Counted from the stretch's first letter, positions 1 through 13,378 are shown. The stretch is DNA of 64,000 bases from Haliotis cracherodii (GCF_022045235.1 NW_027266319.1:34410001-34474000), one strand, 5' to 3'. Translations and numbers: made by a program. The notes: generated by a model not told the origin, from the letters alone.

Positions 1-790
1 TATTAGCTTGTAATGATATTAATTGTAGTTATGGTTTGTATGGTGTTGATATTTATAGAGGATTGACAAGGGGCGCTGCTGAACACAGGCTAATGTCATA
101 ACCCCTGATTACGTGCTACTTGATTGGATGCTGTGTCCAGGAAGGTGATTGCGTCCTTCCTGTATTCATCAGGAATGAATTCTTGTGTATTTGACCCAGA
201 GCAGTGAATGTGTGAGTGAGTAAGAACCTATAAATGGTTTATCAATTACATGTAGTTAGATGCATCTTCAGTTGATTTGGGCAGTAAGTAAAGCGACCTT
301 ACATTCCCAACTCAATCCCTTTGGAAAACCCACTTAGACAGAATAGGGACCAACGGGTAGATGTAGCGTCGGTACCTAGAAATGTACCCCACTAACTGTC
401 AGTACGTAGATACTTACTGATATCACAAATAAAGCATCACATTGAACCAATAAATGTGTCTACCTACGGTCGTTTCAAGTAAGACTCTAAGGTATCTTCT
501 GTACCATATACCAGTCACAGAGGATGAGGAGGGTAAGTGCTTTACTTCCCTGGGTGTGACGCCTATATAAACGGGGTGGATCTTGGCGCAACCCTCTGCC
601 AAATACACGAGAATCCATTCCTGATGAATACAGTACCAATAACATACCTGACACAACACCATCCAATCAGGTCGGACGGTAATCAGAGGTTATGACATAC
701 ATGCGCTTGTCTTCAGCGCCGCCCCTTGTCAACCCACTGTAAATATCAACACCATACAAACCAAAAATAAAATTAATATCTTCACAAGGT
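1..790. mobile_element. Foldback/MITE-like element with ~200-bp imperfect terminal inverted repeats; left end probably outside the window
   Basis: 1-200 (…ggtttgtatggtgttgatattt…ttgacaaggggcg…tgtattcatcaggaatg…) is the reverse complement of ~593-790 (…cattcctgatgaataca…cgccccttgtcaa…aaatatcaacaccatacaaacc…). Confidence 0.7.
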
Positions 791-1129
791 GATACACTTC
801 CAAAACGCGACTCTCAAGAGAGCATAGCTTTCTCATGGCCAGCTATACTTGACCAAGACTTCTTTCGTGACAAAACAAGAGGCTGACATCAAGCTGAATC
901 AATACACAGATCTCTGTCATGTGCCATACACAGCAAGTTTCTATGGCGCCTTCACTTTGTACGGAAACTGAGATCTTGTAATACTGTCTCTACAATAATG
1001 TTGTTATTACATAAAAGTTGTATTCAGTCTGTTTTAACTTTCTCGGTGCAATGTTGGTACGATGGCATCTTACTTCAAAACAAGAATAGAACTTTAAAAA
1101 ATGGTAAACTTAGGAGGAAAGAGGAAAAA

Positions 1130-1221
1130 TCCATCTCATTAAAATCAGATCTTAGTTCTGGCTATGCTAAACAAATGTTTAGCGGTAGCGAAAACTAAGA
1201 TCTGATTTTAATGAGATTGGA
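1130..1221. repeat. Near-perfect ~92-bp palindrome
   Basis: tccatctcattaaaatcagatcttagtt … aactaagatctgattttaatgagattgga, with inner stem gctaaaca/tgtttagc. Confidence 0.85.
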
Positions 1222-3326
1222 AGAAGAATGTGAATGTGAGAACCTTGACGTTTTATAAGATGAGAATGTTGTCAATTTGGCCTCACGCATATTAGACGAT
1301 CCATCTCGCTTTTCAAACTCTTGGAATTCTGTTTTATCATCTGGCAAGGATTAACCTGGAATGTTTCACCAATGAGAGAACATCCCCCCTGGTCTAAAAG
1401 AAATGATATTTTTTGGCGTGTGATGAGATTTTGCAAATTTTCAAAAACATTTTGTCTTCCCACAGTGGAAACTGTATTTGATATTCCGTATTTGTGACTC
1501 GAAGTATGTTGCAATTAATGTTACTAGATTATATTGATATTTTCGAACATTAATCATTTTTGCACTGTGAATATTTAAAAATATTAGCATTAGTATCAGC
1601 GAAAAAATGCATTAGTATATATATTCATTTTCTACTTAAGGAGGAATTATTTGCGAGAATAATTATAGATGTTTACCACCATCACCTGTTCATTTCGTTG
1701 GCATGCGGGGAACAAACAATTTCTAGGTCTTCGAAATGTCTGTTAGGAACGTAACTTAATATATTTAAAGCGATGACATGAAATAGCGACAGTAGATGGT
1801 ACAGTTTGTTGGCAGAAAATATATATTTTACAGTCCAGTGCATTCGTCAATTTCGCTGTCTTGTAGTGTCAGTAGTGTGTACTGTATCAAAGACCGGGTG
1901 TCTGACCACCGTATGAAATGAAATCTTATCAATGTGGACTTTTTTTTTAATTAATTAGAAGTGAAAGTTCATTATACAATGATTCTTGCTCCAGATTCAC
2001 CCTTTTGTTTAAATTAGCAAAAATAAGTCATTTCTTTCTGCAGAAGGCAGCATGTTAGAAAATGTTTACGACTAATCGGAAGTTGAAAAAATTGTTGACA
2101 TTCACAATGCTTATGAGTTACATTTGAATGATTAAGTCACAGTTTTCAATGAAATATGGACAAATCTGGAAGCAAACATATCGTAGCATATTCTAAAAAA
2201 TCTCCAACTTGCTATTTGGATACTAGAAATAGTTCAAAATTCGTAATTCATGAACGTTGGCCATTCTTGCAAGAGGGTATAGGTACATGAAAACCAGTGA
2301 TGTCTTATCTAAAGTCTAGGCGAATCTCATCTAAAATACGATCGTTTGTGATCAGAAATTTGTATATTTTTATGGAGAGAGATTTGTATGTTTATTCATT
2401 TTGGTTTGGTTTTGTCATCGAAATTTGCTTCTGTTTGGAAACTTTACCCGTGCATTTTTTCTCTTGATTTCTGCACGGATGCACATACATTTGCGTCTTT
2501 GATTTCTGCTAGGATTTAAGTGACAAAAAATACGGCTTATGACTTGTAGATCAGAAAATACGATTTGACAATCAGGTATTAAAAAAGATAGTGCAAAGTC
2601 CCATGCATTGCTATAGGAATCATTAATGCACAGTAAAATGTTTCGATTGACAACTTTTGATTGAAGATACTATCGATTAAGTTTTTTATTGACATTTTTA
2701 GATACAGTAGATGAGGGTTCACTCAAGGAAGTTTCTGACATGGGCCCTTCATATGAAAAGTTCAAATATTCCCGAGGTACGCCCATACAGCACAATTTTA
2801 AAATGCCTCATTGTATTTGAAAATGTTGGCCTAGAATTATCAATGGTAGATAATTTTATTCAAGCAATACGACTTTTTCGATCCAGTGTTGTTTGCTCTT
2901 CCGGAGTGGACACGTTATCTGTCTACGAAATCGGTTTGAAAGGATAAACTATGCAAATCAGCATCCGCGATTACTCAGTGTATATAGAGATATATTGTAA
3001 TGGATAAACGAGGGTGGCAAGCCTGCATAGCACTTTGGTTTCCTGTGAGTTGTTTCGTACATTGTTGAATACTGAAAACTCGTCCTGGTCTAATGCCATA
3101 TATTGCCAAGCTACGATACAATTGTGTATTCTGATTTTCATAAGGATTCATCTTCAGCTTACAAAAGATTTTTATTCAGACCCTGAACTGGGTGTAAATG
3201 CATTATTAGCGGTACGCATACGCAGTAGATGAACGCGTTGTCCCCCTTAGTAAACACTGACAATCGTGACGTAGTACTCAAGCACATGTATTCACTGTTG
3301 GAAGTTGGCTGAACAGCTCAAGAAGA

Positions 3327-6300
3327 ATGCCTCCTACTTCAGCCAAGAAGCCTTTTGCTCAACCAATACCTGACCCAATAATCGAGGTAACTACCCCACT
3401 GTGTAAACTTGGATGTTCACTAATATAAGCAATCTGCCACAGAACGAGTAACAAAGTTTAGGTCATTTTCATCAGTGACAATAACACCAAATCCCATACA
3501 GTAAACTACGGTTATAACGAACTCAAAAGGACTACGAATTTTAGTTCGTTATAACCGTAGTTCGTTATAAGTACATATACGGCATGACTACAGCAAGTAG
3601 TCGGGACCAAAAAGTAAGTTCGTTATATCCGTCAGTTCGTTATATGCGTGTTCGTTATAACCGTAGTTTACTGTACTTCTTAGTGTGATGTAGGTAGATG
3701 TATCTAACACTGATAATGGACGTGTATATTTTAAGTTGAACCGCTGAACTATTAATAATGACAATAGAACATATAAAATATGTTAGATGCATGTCGAAAC
3801 ACCAATAAAAACATTTGGTAAAAATGGATAATATATAAATATGATACATGTTATATTTTTTATAAATACATTGTATTTCAAGTTGATTGTAATAAATTAA
3901 TTGCATGCTGTTTTGACTTTAGCCAATTCAGCCTGCTACGGTGGTAATTATTCACCCTGGCTCCTACAACCTGCGACTTGGCCGTGCGTCTGACCCATAC
4001 CCAATCACGGTGCCTCACTGTGTTGCTCGCAGGAAGAAGGTACAGATTCCCAGAGTTCCAGAGTCCTGGTTGTTGCGCCCAGAATGTAATGTAAGGAAAA
4101 CAATGTTGAGAGTTTCAGCGTTCATTAGATTTTTAATATATGCTTTGGATACATGCCATTCACAACACAGAGTTTGACTGGTAATTAATTTAATGGGTTA
4201 ATATTTGGCAGATCAAGAAAAATTTGCTGTCATTTTCATATTGTGCACATGATAAGCCTCAAGGATACACTTTTATGAAGTCTTATTTTGAATTTTATAT
4301 TCGTTCATTTTTATAGTTATAAATTGCTAATTTTGCCTGTTGAGCTACCTCTAATTCTTGGCATTGTAAATTCTCTGTTTCTATTTCATTATTATTAGAG
4401 GTATATCTGGAGACACACACCAAACAAGTTCAGTAACTCTGTTTTCTTGACATCTGTGTTATGCAAAAATTGCATTTAGTGAACAACATAAGTCTTAAAG
4501 GTTTTGGTGCGTATGCATCATGTTCATGTTGTTAGGGTTCATATGATCATGATGATATGTGATGGAGTCTATCAATTTCTGTTGCTCAGCATCCAGAAGC
4601 TAACCATCTGATGAAAACCGGTTTGAAAAATGCTGAGGAGGCTCTTCTCACCAAACCCAACTCAATGGGTGGTTACAGACAAACTACTTCAAACAGACAG
4701 GTAGATAACGGGTCTGCAGTGTATTGTGTCTGTCAGACAAGAATTATATTCATAACATGCAGAATTTTTTCTGAAAGCAGATTTTCATGAACAATTGTTA
4801 TTGGGTTGTTTTTTTGTAGGTCGAAATGGGTAAATACAATCAGTGATAAATACACTCATGATCTCAAGTTGACATCTTGAAGTTGCAGTAGAAATACTCT
4901 TATCTGTTAATTTCTTTCCTTAAAGTAGATGATTGGTAGTTGTGATTTAAGTGTAAAGAGTGTTATTTGATATGATATATTTAATAATATATTTCCCACA
5001 CAACTGTTCACTATGAAGATTTATTTCAGCATTTTGCATACAACCAGTCATCAAATGGAGAAAGGACTGATGTGATTTGTCCTTTGAAATGGACACAGAC
5101 AGACAAGAAACCTGCCTGTATCATTGGAGAAGAGGTTTGTAGCCTTTTCATTTGGAGAGAGTTTGGTGTAAGATTCTAGAATTATATCAGCAGGGACATG
5201 TAGAGCGGGCTTCACACATTGTATGAGGAAAATTGAACCCGGTCTAAATTGTGCTCGTAGAATTCTGATTCTGGTTTCAAACATGGCCACCATTATGATT
5301 TCCAAATTCAGGTGAGCTTCAGAGCCTTGTGGACGCAACAGTAAATGTGTTCCGTCATAATTCAGTGATTGGTTAATAAATAACCGTTAGATGTATTATT
5401 CTTTCTTCGTTTTTTAAAGGAGATCCGTTTATAAATAACATACTGATCATCAACATTGCCTCTCTTTGAAGGCATTGTATGTGCATCCATCAGACAACTA
5501 CACCCTGCACTGGCCGATGCGGCGTGGGCGCCTAAACCTCCACGGGGGACCATGTGGATCTCTAACATCAGTCATGGCTGACCTTGAGATCATCTGGAGC
5601 AAGGCATTGGAAACATATCTCAACATACCAATCAGGGATCTTAAGGTATTGATATCTATAGTATATGTTGTGCAGGTTTTTACATTGTATGATAATTGAT
5701 ATACTTCATGCTGCAAATTTTCCATGAAGAGTTTTGTCCCTTAGCTGTGCCAGGATTCAGTTGTGGTTACATCAAAGTGGTAAATGTCTATCTGTCTAAA
5801 CTGCCATCATATCATTTATATGTTGTTGAAGCAGTACTAAGCCTAAGGGTTATTGACTGGGGCTTAATCTAAAGATCAAGTCAACTGGTCTGAATCTCCT
5901 AAACCACGTTAACAGGTTTTGTAAATTTTTACCTGAAACGTTTTGCTGAAAATGTGGTTATGTTTGAGTTTAATAAAGAACTACATGCCTGAGGACTACT
6001 TGTATTTGTTCCAGCACTACAAGGCCATCATGCTGATCCCGGATGTGTACACGCACAAGCATGTCAAGGCCCTCATGAACCTGCTCCTCGACACCCTCGG
6101 CTTCGGTGCAGCCTTCATTCATCAGGTCAGCAGGGCTTCAGGTTGATGGGCATATTCATAGGTCAAGTAGCCCATTACCTGTGACAGCAGTGGGCCAGAC
6201 TTCCAGAAATTTGTAATAATGGACCTGTGTTGTATTTCACAGAGGTCAAAGACCTAAGTCCACATGCAATCTGCATCGCTGGGTCGGCAATAGTTTTTAT

Positions 6301-9300
6301 CAACACAGATTTTAGCTTCTCAAGTTTGAATAAGTAATTTTGAAATGAATTTGAAATATAATATTAATTTTTTTTTAAAAAGTTTCAAATGAATCACGAG
6401 TTTCTTGTCTATAAGCAAATCAAGTTTTTGTGGGTAGAATTCCACAATATATTAAAGCATATATTAAAGCATATATTTCATAAACATGAATGAATGGCTA
6501 GATGTACAGAATGATGATCAAATAAATATTGATTTCTTTATGTTAACCTGTAATCCATGATGTCCACAATACCTGCACAGATTGCATATTCTTAGAAACT
6601 GATGATGTGTATGTTCTTTGTGATCCTTGCCTCAGGTTGGCCCCGTCATCCAAGGCGCCGCGATTCAATGTGCAGAGTTGCGTCCCTTGGGCATGCCAGA
6701 AACCTATGATTGTGGGTTCAAATCCCGGTTAACCCCGATTATGTTTCTAGGTTTGTCAGCACCATACTCATGTTTGTGGGTGTCACCTAGGTGATAAACG
6801 TCTGAGACCTGCATCACTTTGGGCTTTCCTCCCACATTAAGCTGACACACCGTGATATCACTGGAATACTGTTAAGAATGGCGTTAAACTTTGTGATCCT
6901 TGCCTCAGCTAAGCAGTGGCTCCACGATGTAGTGTTTCTGTTTCAGGAGTCTGTGTGTGCGACCTACGGGACGGGGGTTCCGTGTGCTTGTGTTGTTGAT
7001 GTTGGGGACCAGAAGACCAGCATATCATGTGTGGAAGATGGTATTTCACACAAACCTACCAGGTACACGCATTTGTAGAATGGAACATTGACATGTGTCA
7101 ATTTATATGCAGTTTGCTCAATTAACTAGTTTTATTGTTGTGAAAGCAACAGTGAGTGTTTGTTGTCTTCTGGATTGTTAACAAAGAGTTCCAAGGGAGA
7201 TAACTCTAGGTACCATTTCAGAATACCATGTCAGTGGCCTACATCTGTATATGGCTTACAGTATAACATGCATTCATAGCGACAAAGACCTCTGTACCGA
7301 GTGTCATGAGGCAAGAGGGTAGTATGGTGGTCTTGTGGGTAAAGCGTTTAAGACATTCTCAAACTGGTATTATATTAAGAAATTCTTAGTGGTGCCCCAG
7401 CCACTATATCACTTAAAACATGCTTCAGTAGACCATGATTGACGATGCATACTCGACTTTGTCAATATGGGCTGTCTCTGTGGCCTGGTGGTAGGACGTC
7501 TGCCTGGAAAGTGGAAGGTTGGTTAGATCCCAGGTCGCGTCATACCATATGGTACTAAAAGATGGTACTTGTTGTAACCCTGCCAGGTGATCGGCATTAA
7601 GGGGCTAAAACAAGGACTGGTGGGCTCGGTGTCTCCGTATTCTGTGTCTGAGTGGGGTATTCATGTTAAACTGCGGCATGGCATCTCAGTGGGCTAGGAC
7701 TATAAATCGGCATTAGTCCGGACTAGCACACGCGCCCACGCACACACACACACACACTTGCATGCACATCACTATATATGTGCAATAACCTTGGACGCGA
7801 CGTTAAACCACATTGCACCTCACCTCACCTAGTCTACATGATGAGATGTTGCAACTGTCTTCAGACTGACGATGGAGTATGGTGGTTCGGATGTGACTCG
7901 GTGTTTCCGCTGGATGCTGCGCAAGAGTGGTGTGTCGCTGCCGGAGGTGGATCTGTCCATGCCGACTGACATCCTGCTGATGCAGGAGCTGAAGGAGTCG
8001 TTCTGCCACATGGATGTTGTGAGTTCCACGTTCTTTTATTTGTTTGATTGTTTGTTGTTTTACGCTGCACTCAGCTATTTGACGGCGCTCTGTAAATAAA
8101 TATATGGGCTTGAATCAGAAAGTGAATTAGCTCATAATTGTGCGCATGTGTGCAATTTGTATGCATGCTGAAAAAGCTTCTATTGGTAGTTACGTGAGCT
8201 GTTTTACATTTGAGTTTTTGATTTAAAGCATGAGTTTCTGAACGCAAGTAAATTTAAAGTAATTGGGTTTTACATATTTTGAGGGGTATTTCATGCAAAT
8301 ATGCTGCTTATCTGTAGCTCTGAATATTTCACTTTGATGGACATGATTTACAGTAATTGGCAAGTGAAAAGTATTTCATTTTTATTCCATGTCTAAAAAA
8401 TGTGGCGGAGGTTATTTTTCACTCCAGCTTTTGATTAACATTGATTAATAAAATCAGAATGTGTTGAAGGTGTGGATTGTGATGGCTTCCTGTTGCGTTA
8501 CAATACCTAGCCTGATTATTATACACAGTGTCCTTTCATTTCGTTAAATTTCAACCTGTTTCTATTTTGGATTTTTTATACTGCCCGTTGTATGTCACTC
8601 AGATATTCTGTTGGCAGTTTTCTTTACATAGTTGAAGCATTGTTTGTATCGTGGTTCAATGCTCGCTAACTGATATCTCATGCCACGTCCTTGCATCACG
8701 AGGGGCTATGACAACAGCATATCATTTCATCACTGCAGAATGTGTTGTCATTGTGGTAGATCTTCATAAGTGTTATTCTGCAAACAACATCATGGTTGGA
8801 AAACTACTACTAAGCGTTCTCAATTCATGTGATAAATTTCTACTTGATGTGGTATGACTGTCACATAACATGTTGTCGTGACAACTAGTGGGTCTCCAGT
8901 GTCGTGTGCTTGTTGAGGAGTTGGCTGATTGGGTGGTTACAATGTGCATCCCTGGGATGCTTATTGATAGCTGGCATTGTACCTGACACTGTGGACTCTC
9001 AATGACTGGCTTGTCTATTCAAGGGCCACTTGTTTACCTGCAGCAGTAGCTAAAACACTCACTCACTGACTCACCCACTCTGTCACTCACTCACACACTC
9101 ACTATACCCCACCCACTCGCTGACTCACTCACCCCACTGTTCTTCCAGGACAGATCACTCTCACTCTGTCATGCCACTGTTCTAGGATAGGTCCAGAATT
9201 GTGAACCACTTTCCAACCACCTACTCACTCACTCACTGACTCACTCACTCACTCTGTCATGCCACTGTTCTAGGATAGGTCCAGAATTGTGAACCACTTT

Positions 9301-11548
9301 CCAACCACCTACTCACTCACTCACTCTGTCATGCCACTGTTCTTCCAGGACAGATCCGGAATTATGAACCACTTTCCAACCACCTACTCACTCACTCACT
9401 GACTCACTCACTCACTCTGTCATGCCACTGTTCTAGGATAGGTCCAGAATTGTGAACCACTTTCCAACCACCTACTCACTCACTCACTCTGTCATGCCAC
9501 TGTTCTTCCAGGACAGATCCGGAATTATGAACCACTTTCCAACCACCTACTCACTCACTCACTGACTCACTCACTCACTCTGTCATGCCCCTGTTCTTCC
9601 AGGATAGATCCGGAATTGTCAACCAGTTTCTACAGGTCCGGCAGCCCCAGAAGCCGATCATCAAGTACAACCTGCGTCTGGCGGATGAGCTGATCCTGTC
9701 TCCTCTCGGGATGCTCTACCCCGACATGTTCGCTGTGCAGGGCCAGCAGCTGGTCCGGGTGCAGTCCCGGTTTGATGGCGACGCCGTCGACCCCCATGAT
9801 GAGAGCTACCTCCGACAGACACAGCGGGCCCAAAGAGACCTAGTATGCTCTGAACTGTAATGACTACAATAACAGCAATATTCCAGATAGGGTTTGAATC
9901 TGTCAGAGTTCTTAGACATGATAGAACATGTTTCACAATACAGTATGTATAACTATGTTATGAAGTGTATCATCATACCCCTAATATTTGCTATCATGTC
10001 CTGAGGGGCGGTCGGGTAACTAGTGCTTAAAGCATTCACTTGTCACGCCAAAGACCCGGGTTGATTCCCGACATGGTTACAATATGTGAAGCCCATTTCT
10101 GGTGTCCCCCGCCGTGATGTTGCTGGAATATTGCTAAAAGCGGCGTAAAAACATACTCGCTCACTCACTATCATGTCCACATGGGTGGTTCGATTCACAG
10201 ATTAGGTCTTCCGGCTCCATATATCGCTTTAGGCGTCAAACTGACTTACAATGACAGTGACATCACAATCAAATGACATCACTTATCTCTCTGCCATTGA
10301 AGCTGGTTAGTTATACTCCGCCGTTCTGATCACTCTGCAGGCCAAGATGGGTTCAAAGAAGGAGAACCAGGAGTCTCGGGACGTGACGGAGAGCAGTCAG
10401 CTGGAGGACACTCAGCTCAGTCACTCCCAGATGGACGATGACTCGAACGATGCTCCAGAGACGTTGGCGCTGACGGAAACCAAGACTGGACGACGCCATG
10501 AGTTGGAGGAGGAGGAGGAGGAGGACACGGAACCCGTGGCTCAGCTGATGGGGGTTGACGAGGCTATACTACACTGTATAGAGCAGTGCGGTAAGATTGT
10601 CATTATTGGCACTGGCACTGGCACAATATGTTTACATCATATCAGACCCATGAAGATCCGGGGTAGAATAGGTCTTCAACAACCCATGCTTGCCGTAAAA
10701 GCCGACTATGCTTGTCATAAGAGGCAACTAATGGGATTGGGTAATCAGACTCGCTGACTTGGTTAATGCAGGTCATCGTATCTAAATTGCGTGGATCGAT
10801 GTTCATGATGTCAATCACTGGATTGTCTGGTGCAGACTTGATTATGTACAGACCACTGTCATATAGCTAGAATATTGCTGAGTGTGGCGTTAAACAACAA
10901 ACAAACAAACAATCATCATATCGTGTTGCATCACTTATTAATTCCAGGCCTATAATGAACAGTGATGAAATGAATGCTCCCTTACAGGAAGTGAGGATCT
11001 AAAGCGCAAGATGTACAGCTGTATAGTGGTGGTGGGTGGTGGATTGGCGCTGTTCGAGGGGGCACAGTCCTGGATCCAGCACCGGGTGTGGCTGCAGATG
11101 CCCAACCATCAGCGCCTTATGATGGAGAATATGGACGTTCTCACACGCCCAAAGGTTGGCAATCTTTTCAACCAGGATTTCAGCATAAAAAACAAACACA
11201 CCTTCAACAATGTTTTTTTTTTTATCATGTATGCATCATATTTTTACTGAGGCATTTGTCGTGATGGGGAAAAGTCTGACAGGGAGGTCACTTATCTATA
11301 TTATAAGACAAGATTCTACAAATATATGTTATTTTGACAAGATTCTTATTTCATAGTATTGAAGTCTTGCGAAATGAGTTTTATGTCACTTCCCTTGTTA
11401 CCAGGACAACGACCCCCGTGTGGCCTGTTGGAAGGGGGCTGCAGTGATGGCATGTCTGGACACGACTCAGGAACTCTGGATTCGGCCCAAGGAGTGGCAG
11501 CAGTACAGCTGCAGGCTGCTTCGAGAACGTGCACCTTTCATTTGGTGA
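3327..11548 (+). CDS. ACTR8: Actin-related protein 8 (INO80 complex subunit), 12 coding exons, ~599 aa
   Basis: Exons 3327-3386, 3923-4090, 4590-4700, 5030-5134, 5472-5645, 6015-6125, 6947-7062, 7865-8018, 9603-9842, 10341-10590, 10988-11154, 11405-11548. All introns GT-AG and in phase; total 1800 nt. Arp8 motifs: VIIHPGSYNLRLGRASD, HWPMRRGRLNLH, QESVCATYG..ACVVDVGDQKTSISCVEDG, YGGSDVTRCF, WKGAAVMACLDTTQELWI..EW..RLLRERAPFIW*. Confidence 0.95.
3499..3673. mobile_element. Tc1/mariner-type MITE
   Basis: TA-cagtaaactacggttataacgaa … ttcgttataaccgtagtttactg-TA; internal repeats of gttcgttata. Related fragments near 32497 and 44290-44430. Confidence 0.8.
6636..6889 (+). mobile_element. SINE family C (tRNA-Leu-like head), slightly 5'-truncated, 20-bp target-site duplication (TSD)
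   Basis: Flanked by ctttgtgatccttgcctcag on both sides; body matches the copies at 11881 and 15200. Confidence 0.85.
7470..7830 (+). mobile_element. SINE family D (tRNA head plus Meta/MESC-like core)
   Basis: A-box-like gtggcctggtggtag; core gtcatacca…aaaagatggtacttgttg…ggcattaagggg…cagtgggctag.actataaa; (cacct)n tail. Confidence 0.75.
9057..9630 (+). repeat. Minisatellite (~72-92-bp units, ~6 copies) built from the ACTR8 exon-9 acceptor junction plus (CTCA)n
   Basis: Unit ctgtcatgccactgttct(tcc)ag|ga(t/c)ag(g/a)tcc(a/g)gaatt(g/a)tgaacca… matches the true junction ctgttcttccag|gatagatccggaattgtcaacca at 9602/9603. Confidence 0.9.
10005..10169 (+). mobile_element. SINE family B (short tRNA-derived SINE)
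   Basis: ggggcggtcgggta.ctagtg…gacccgggtt(c)gattccc; tail gctggaatattgctaaaagcggcgtaaaa plus (ctca)n; TSD ctatcatgtcc. Confidence 0.85.
10645..10910 (+). mobile_element. Retroposon family A (non-tRNA structured head), full length
   Basis: Starts gacccatgaagatccggggtagaataggtcttca…, ends ggcgttaaac(aaac)n; TSD-like catcatatc. Confidence 0.85.
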
Positions 11549-11881
11549 TCTCATCTTTCCTGCGTTAGTGTTCCAACATACAACTTTAACAAGTACTGGT
11601 CTACTGTACAGAAGGGGCCCTGATTAATGGAGAGCCTTGTTGGAGTTCCGTTCTCCCGTACATCATGCTTGTCATTGGAGCCAATCACTGGGGAATGAGT
11701 GGTTCCAATGTGAGACTATCAAGCGTTATCATACGCAGAAAGTATGTAGCCATTGTTCACGCTATCAACAATTGGTTTGATTATTTCCTGGCTTGTAAAG
11801 AGCTGTAATGTTGCCATGACTTATTGAGGATTGCCCCTGATATGGTGGATAGAACATCTGACAGGGATGTCAGTGGTTCGA

Positions 11882-12160
11882 GGGGGCAGGGGTGGCCCAG
11901 TCGTCTAAGGCGCCGTAATTCACTGTGCAGAGTTGCATCCCTTGGTCACGCCAGAAACCTATGATTGTGGGTTCGAATCCCGGTTCGCTCCGATTATGTT
12001 TCTAGGTTTGTCAGCACTGTACCCGTGCTCGTGGGTTTCACCGAGGGGGTAAACGTCTGAGACCTGCACCACTTCGGGCTTTTCTCCCTCATTAAGCTGA
12101 CATGCCGTGATATAGCTGGAATACGGTTAAAAGTGGCGTTAAACACAACTCACTCACTCA
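11882..12160 (+). mobile_element. SINE family C, full length
   Basis: ggtggcccagtcgtctaaggcgcc…gtgggttcgaatccc; (ctca)n tail; TSD tcagtggttcga. Confidence 0.85.
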
Positions 12161-13378
12161 GTGGTTCGATACCCTGGCCGTGTCATACCAAAAGACATTA
12201 AAAGATGGTATTTGTAAAGACAAGGGCAAGCAACCGCACATACATGTGCTTTCAATGCGAGATCCCATTTCACCTCACTTCCTGATCTCCACTCACAAGA
12301 GGCACCTTGATACAAGTGAAATATTGTGGCGTAAAACGAAACTCACTCACAGTTCATTAGGAGGAAAGAATTGATTCATGGTGGATGATCAGGGAGTCTG
12401 TAATGGCAAGATTATTTTGCTAATGTTGACTTTGCTGTGGATGCAAGACTCTTTGATACAAGTTATTGCAAATAAAACCATCTTCACTTGAACTTGCAAA
12501 GTGATGTACAATCCTGAGGGTCTGGACATTGCACCGTGTGAAAATGAGACGGATCCTAGATATTAAGGTTAGGCTGTGCTGTGTAGTTGTATAAAGAAAT
12601 AGAAATAAGATCTTTTATACTTGAGTAAGCTAAGGAGTGATGCATCATTTGAAGGATCTGTTATTCTGCCCTGGCACATTTGCTTGAGACTACCCATCTT
12701 TCAGTCCTCCACAAACCAAGCCAAGTGCATAGATCAGTGATCATGTCAGTCACTGGATTGTCTGGTCCAGTCTGGACTATTTCCAGACCACCCTCATATA
12801 GTTGAAATGTTGCTAGGTGTGTTGTTAAACAACAAACATCATGTTGTCAGAGCTGGCAACAAGCAGACTTAAAATAGGAATATTTGTTATTTTTCTTGTA
12901 TGTTGTTAAATTTTTCATTCATTGTACATTAAAGTATGTCATTTGCACATAAACATGTTATGTGTTTTGCAATGAGGTCTGTGTGTTGTCTTTGATTGAC
13001 AATGGGGATTCAGGGTTAGAATAGGTCCCCACCAACCTATGCTGGTTGTTGATTGGGTTGTCATGCTCGGGGACATTGTTGATGGTGTGCAATCCTACCC
13101 TGGCGGAGCAGTGGGTCACAGCTTTAAACAACAAATATTTGAAATAGTAGACAGGCAAGTGCCACAAGTTAATTGTGCGAAATAGAGATATAATGAGGTT
13201 CACTTCAAAAATGTATTTTGAAAAAAGAATTTGTAAGGACGTAAGGAACTGGCCTAAATGGAGATTGGGTGGTTCGTGGGTGATTTACTCAATACAGGTA
13301 TTTCATGTTGGAGTGCAATCAGTCAGTTGTCTGGCCCTCATCTTGATATTTACAGCAAGTGTCATATTGTTTTGGTGT

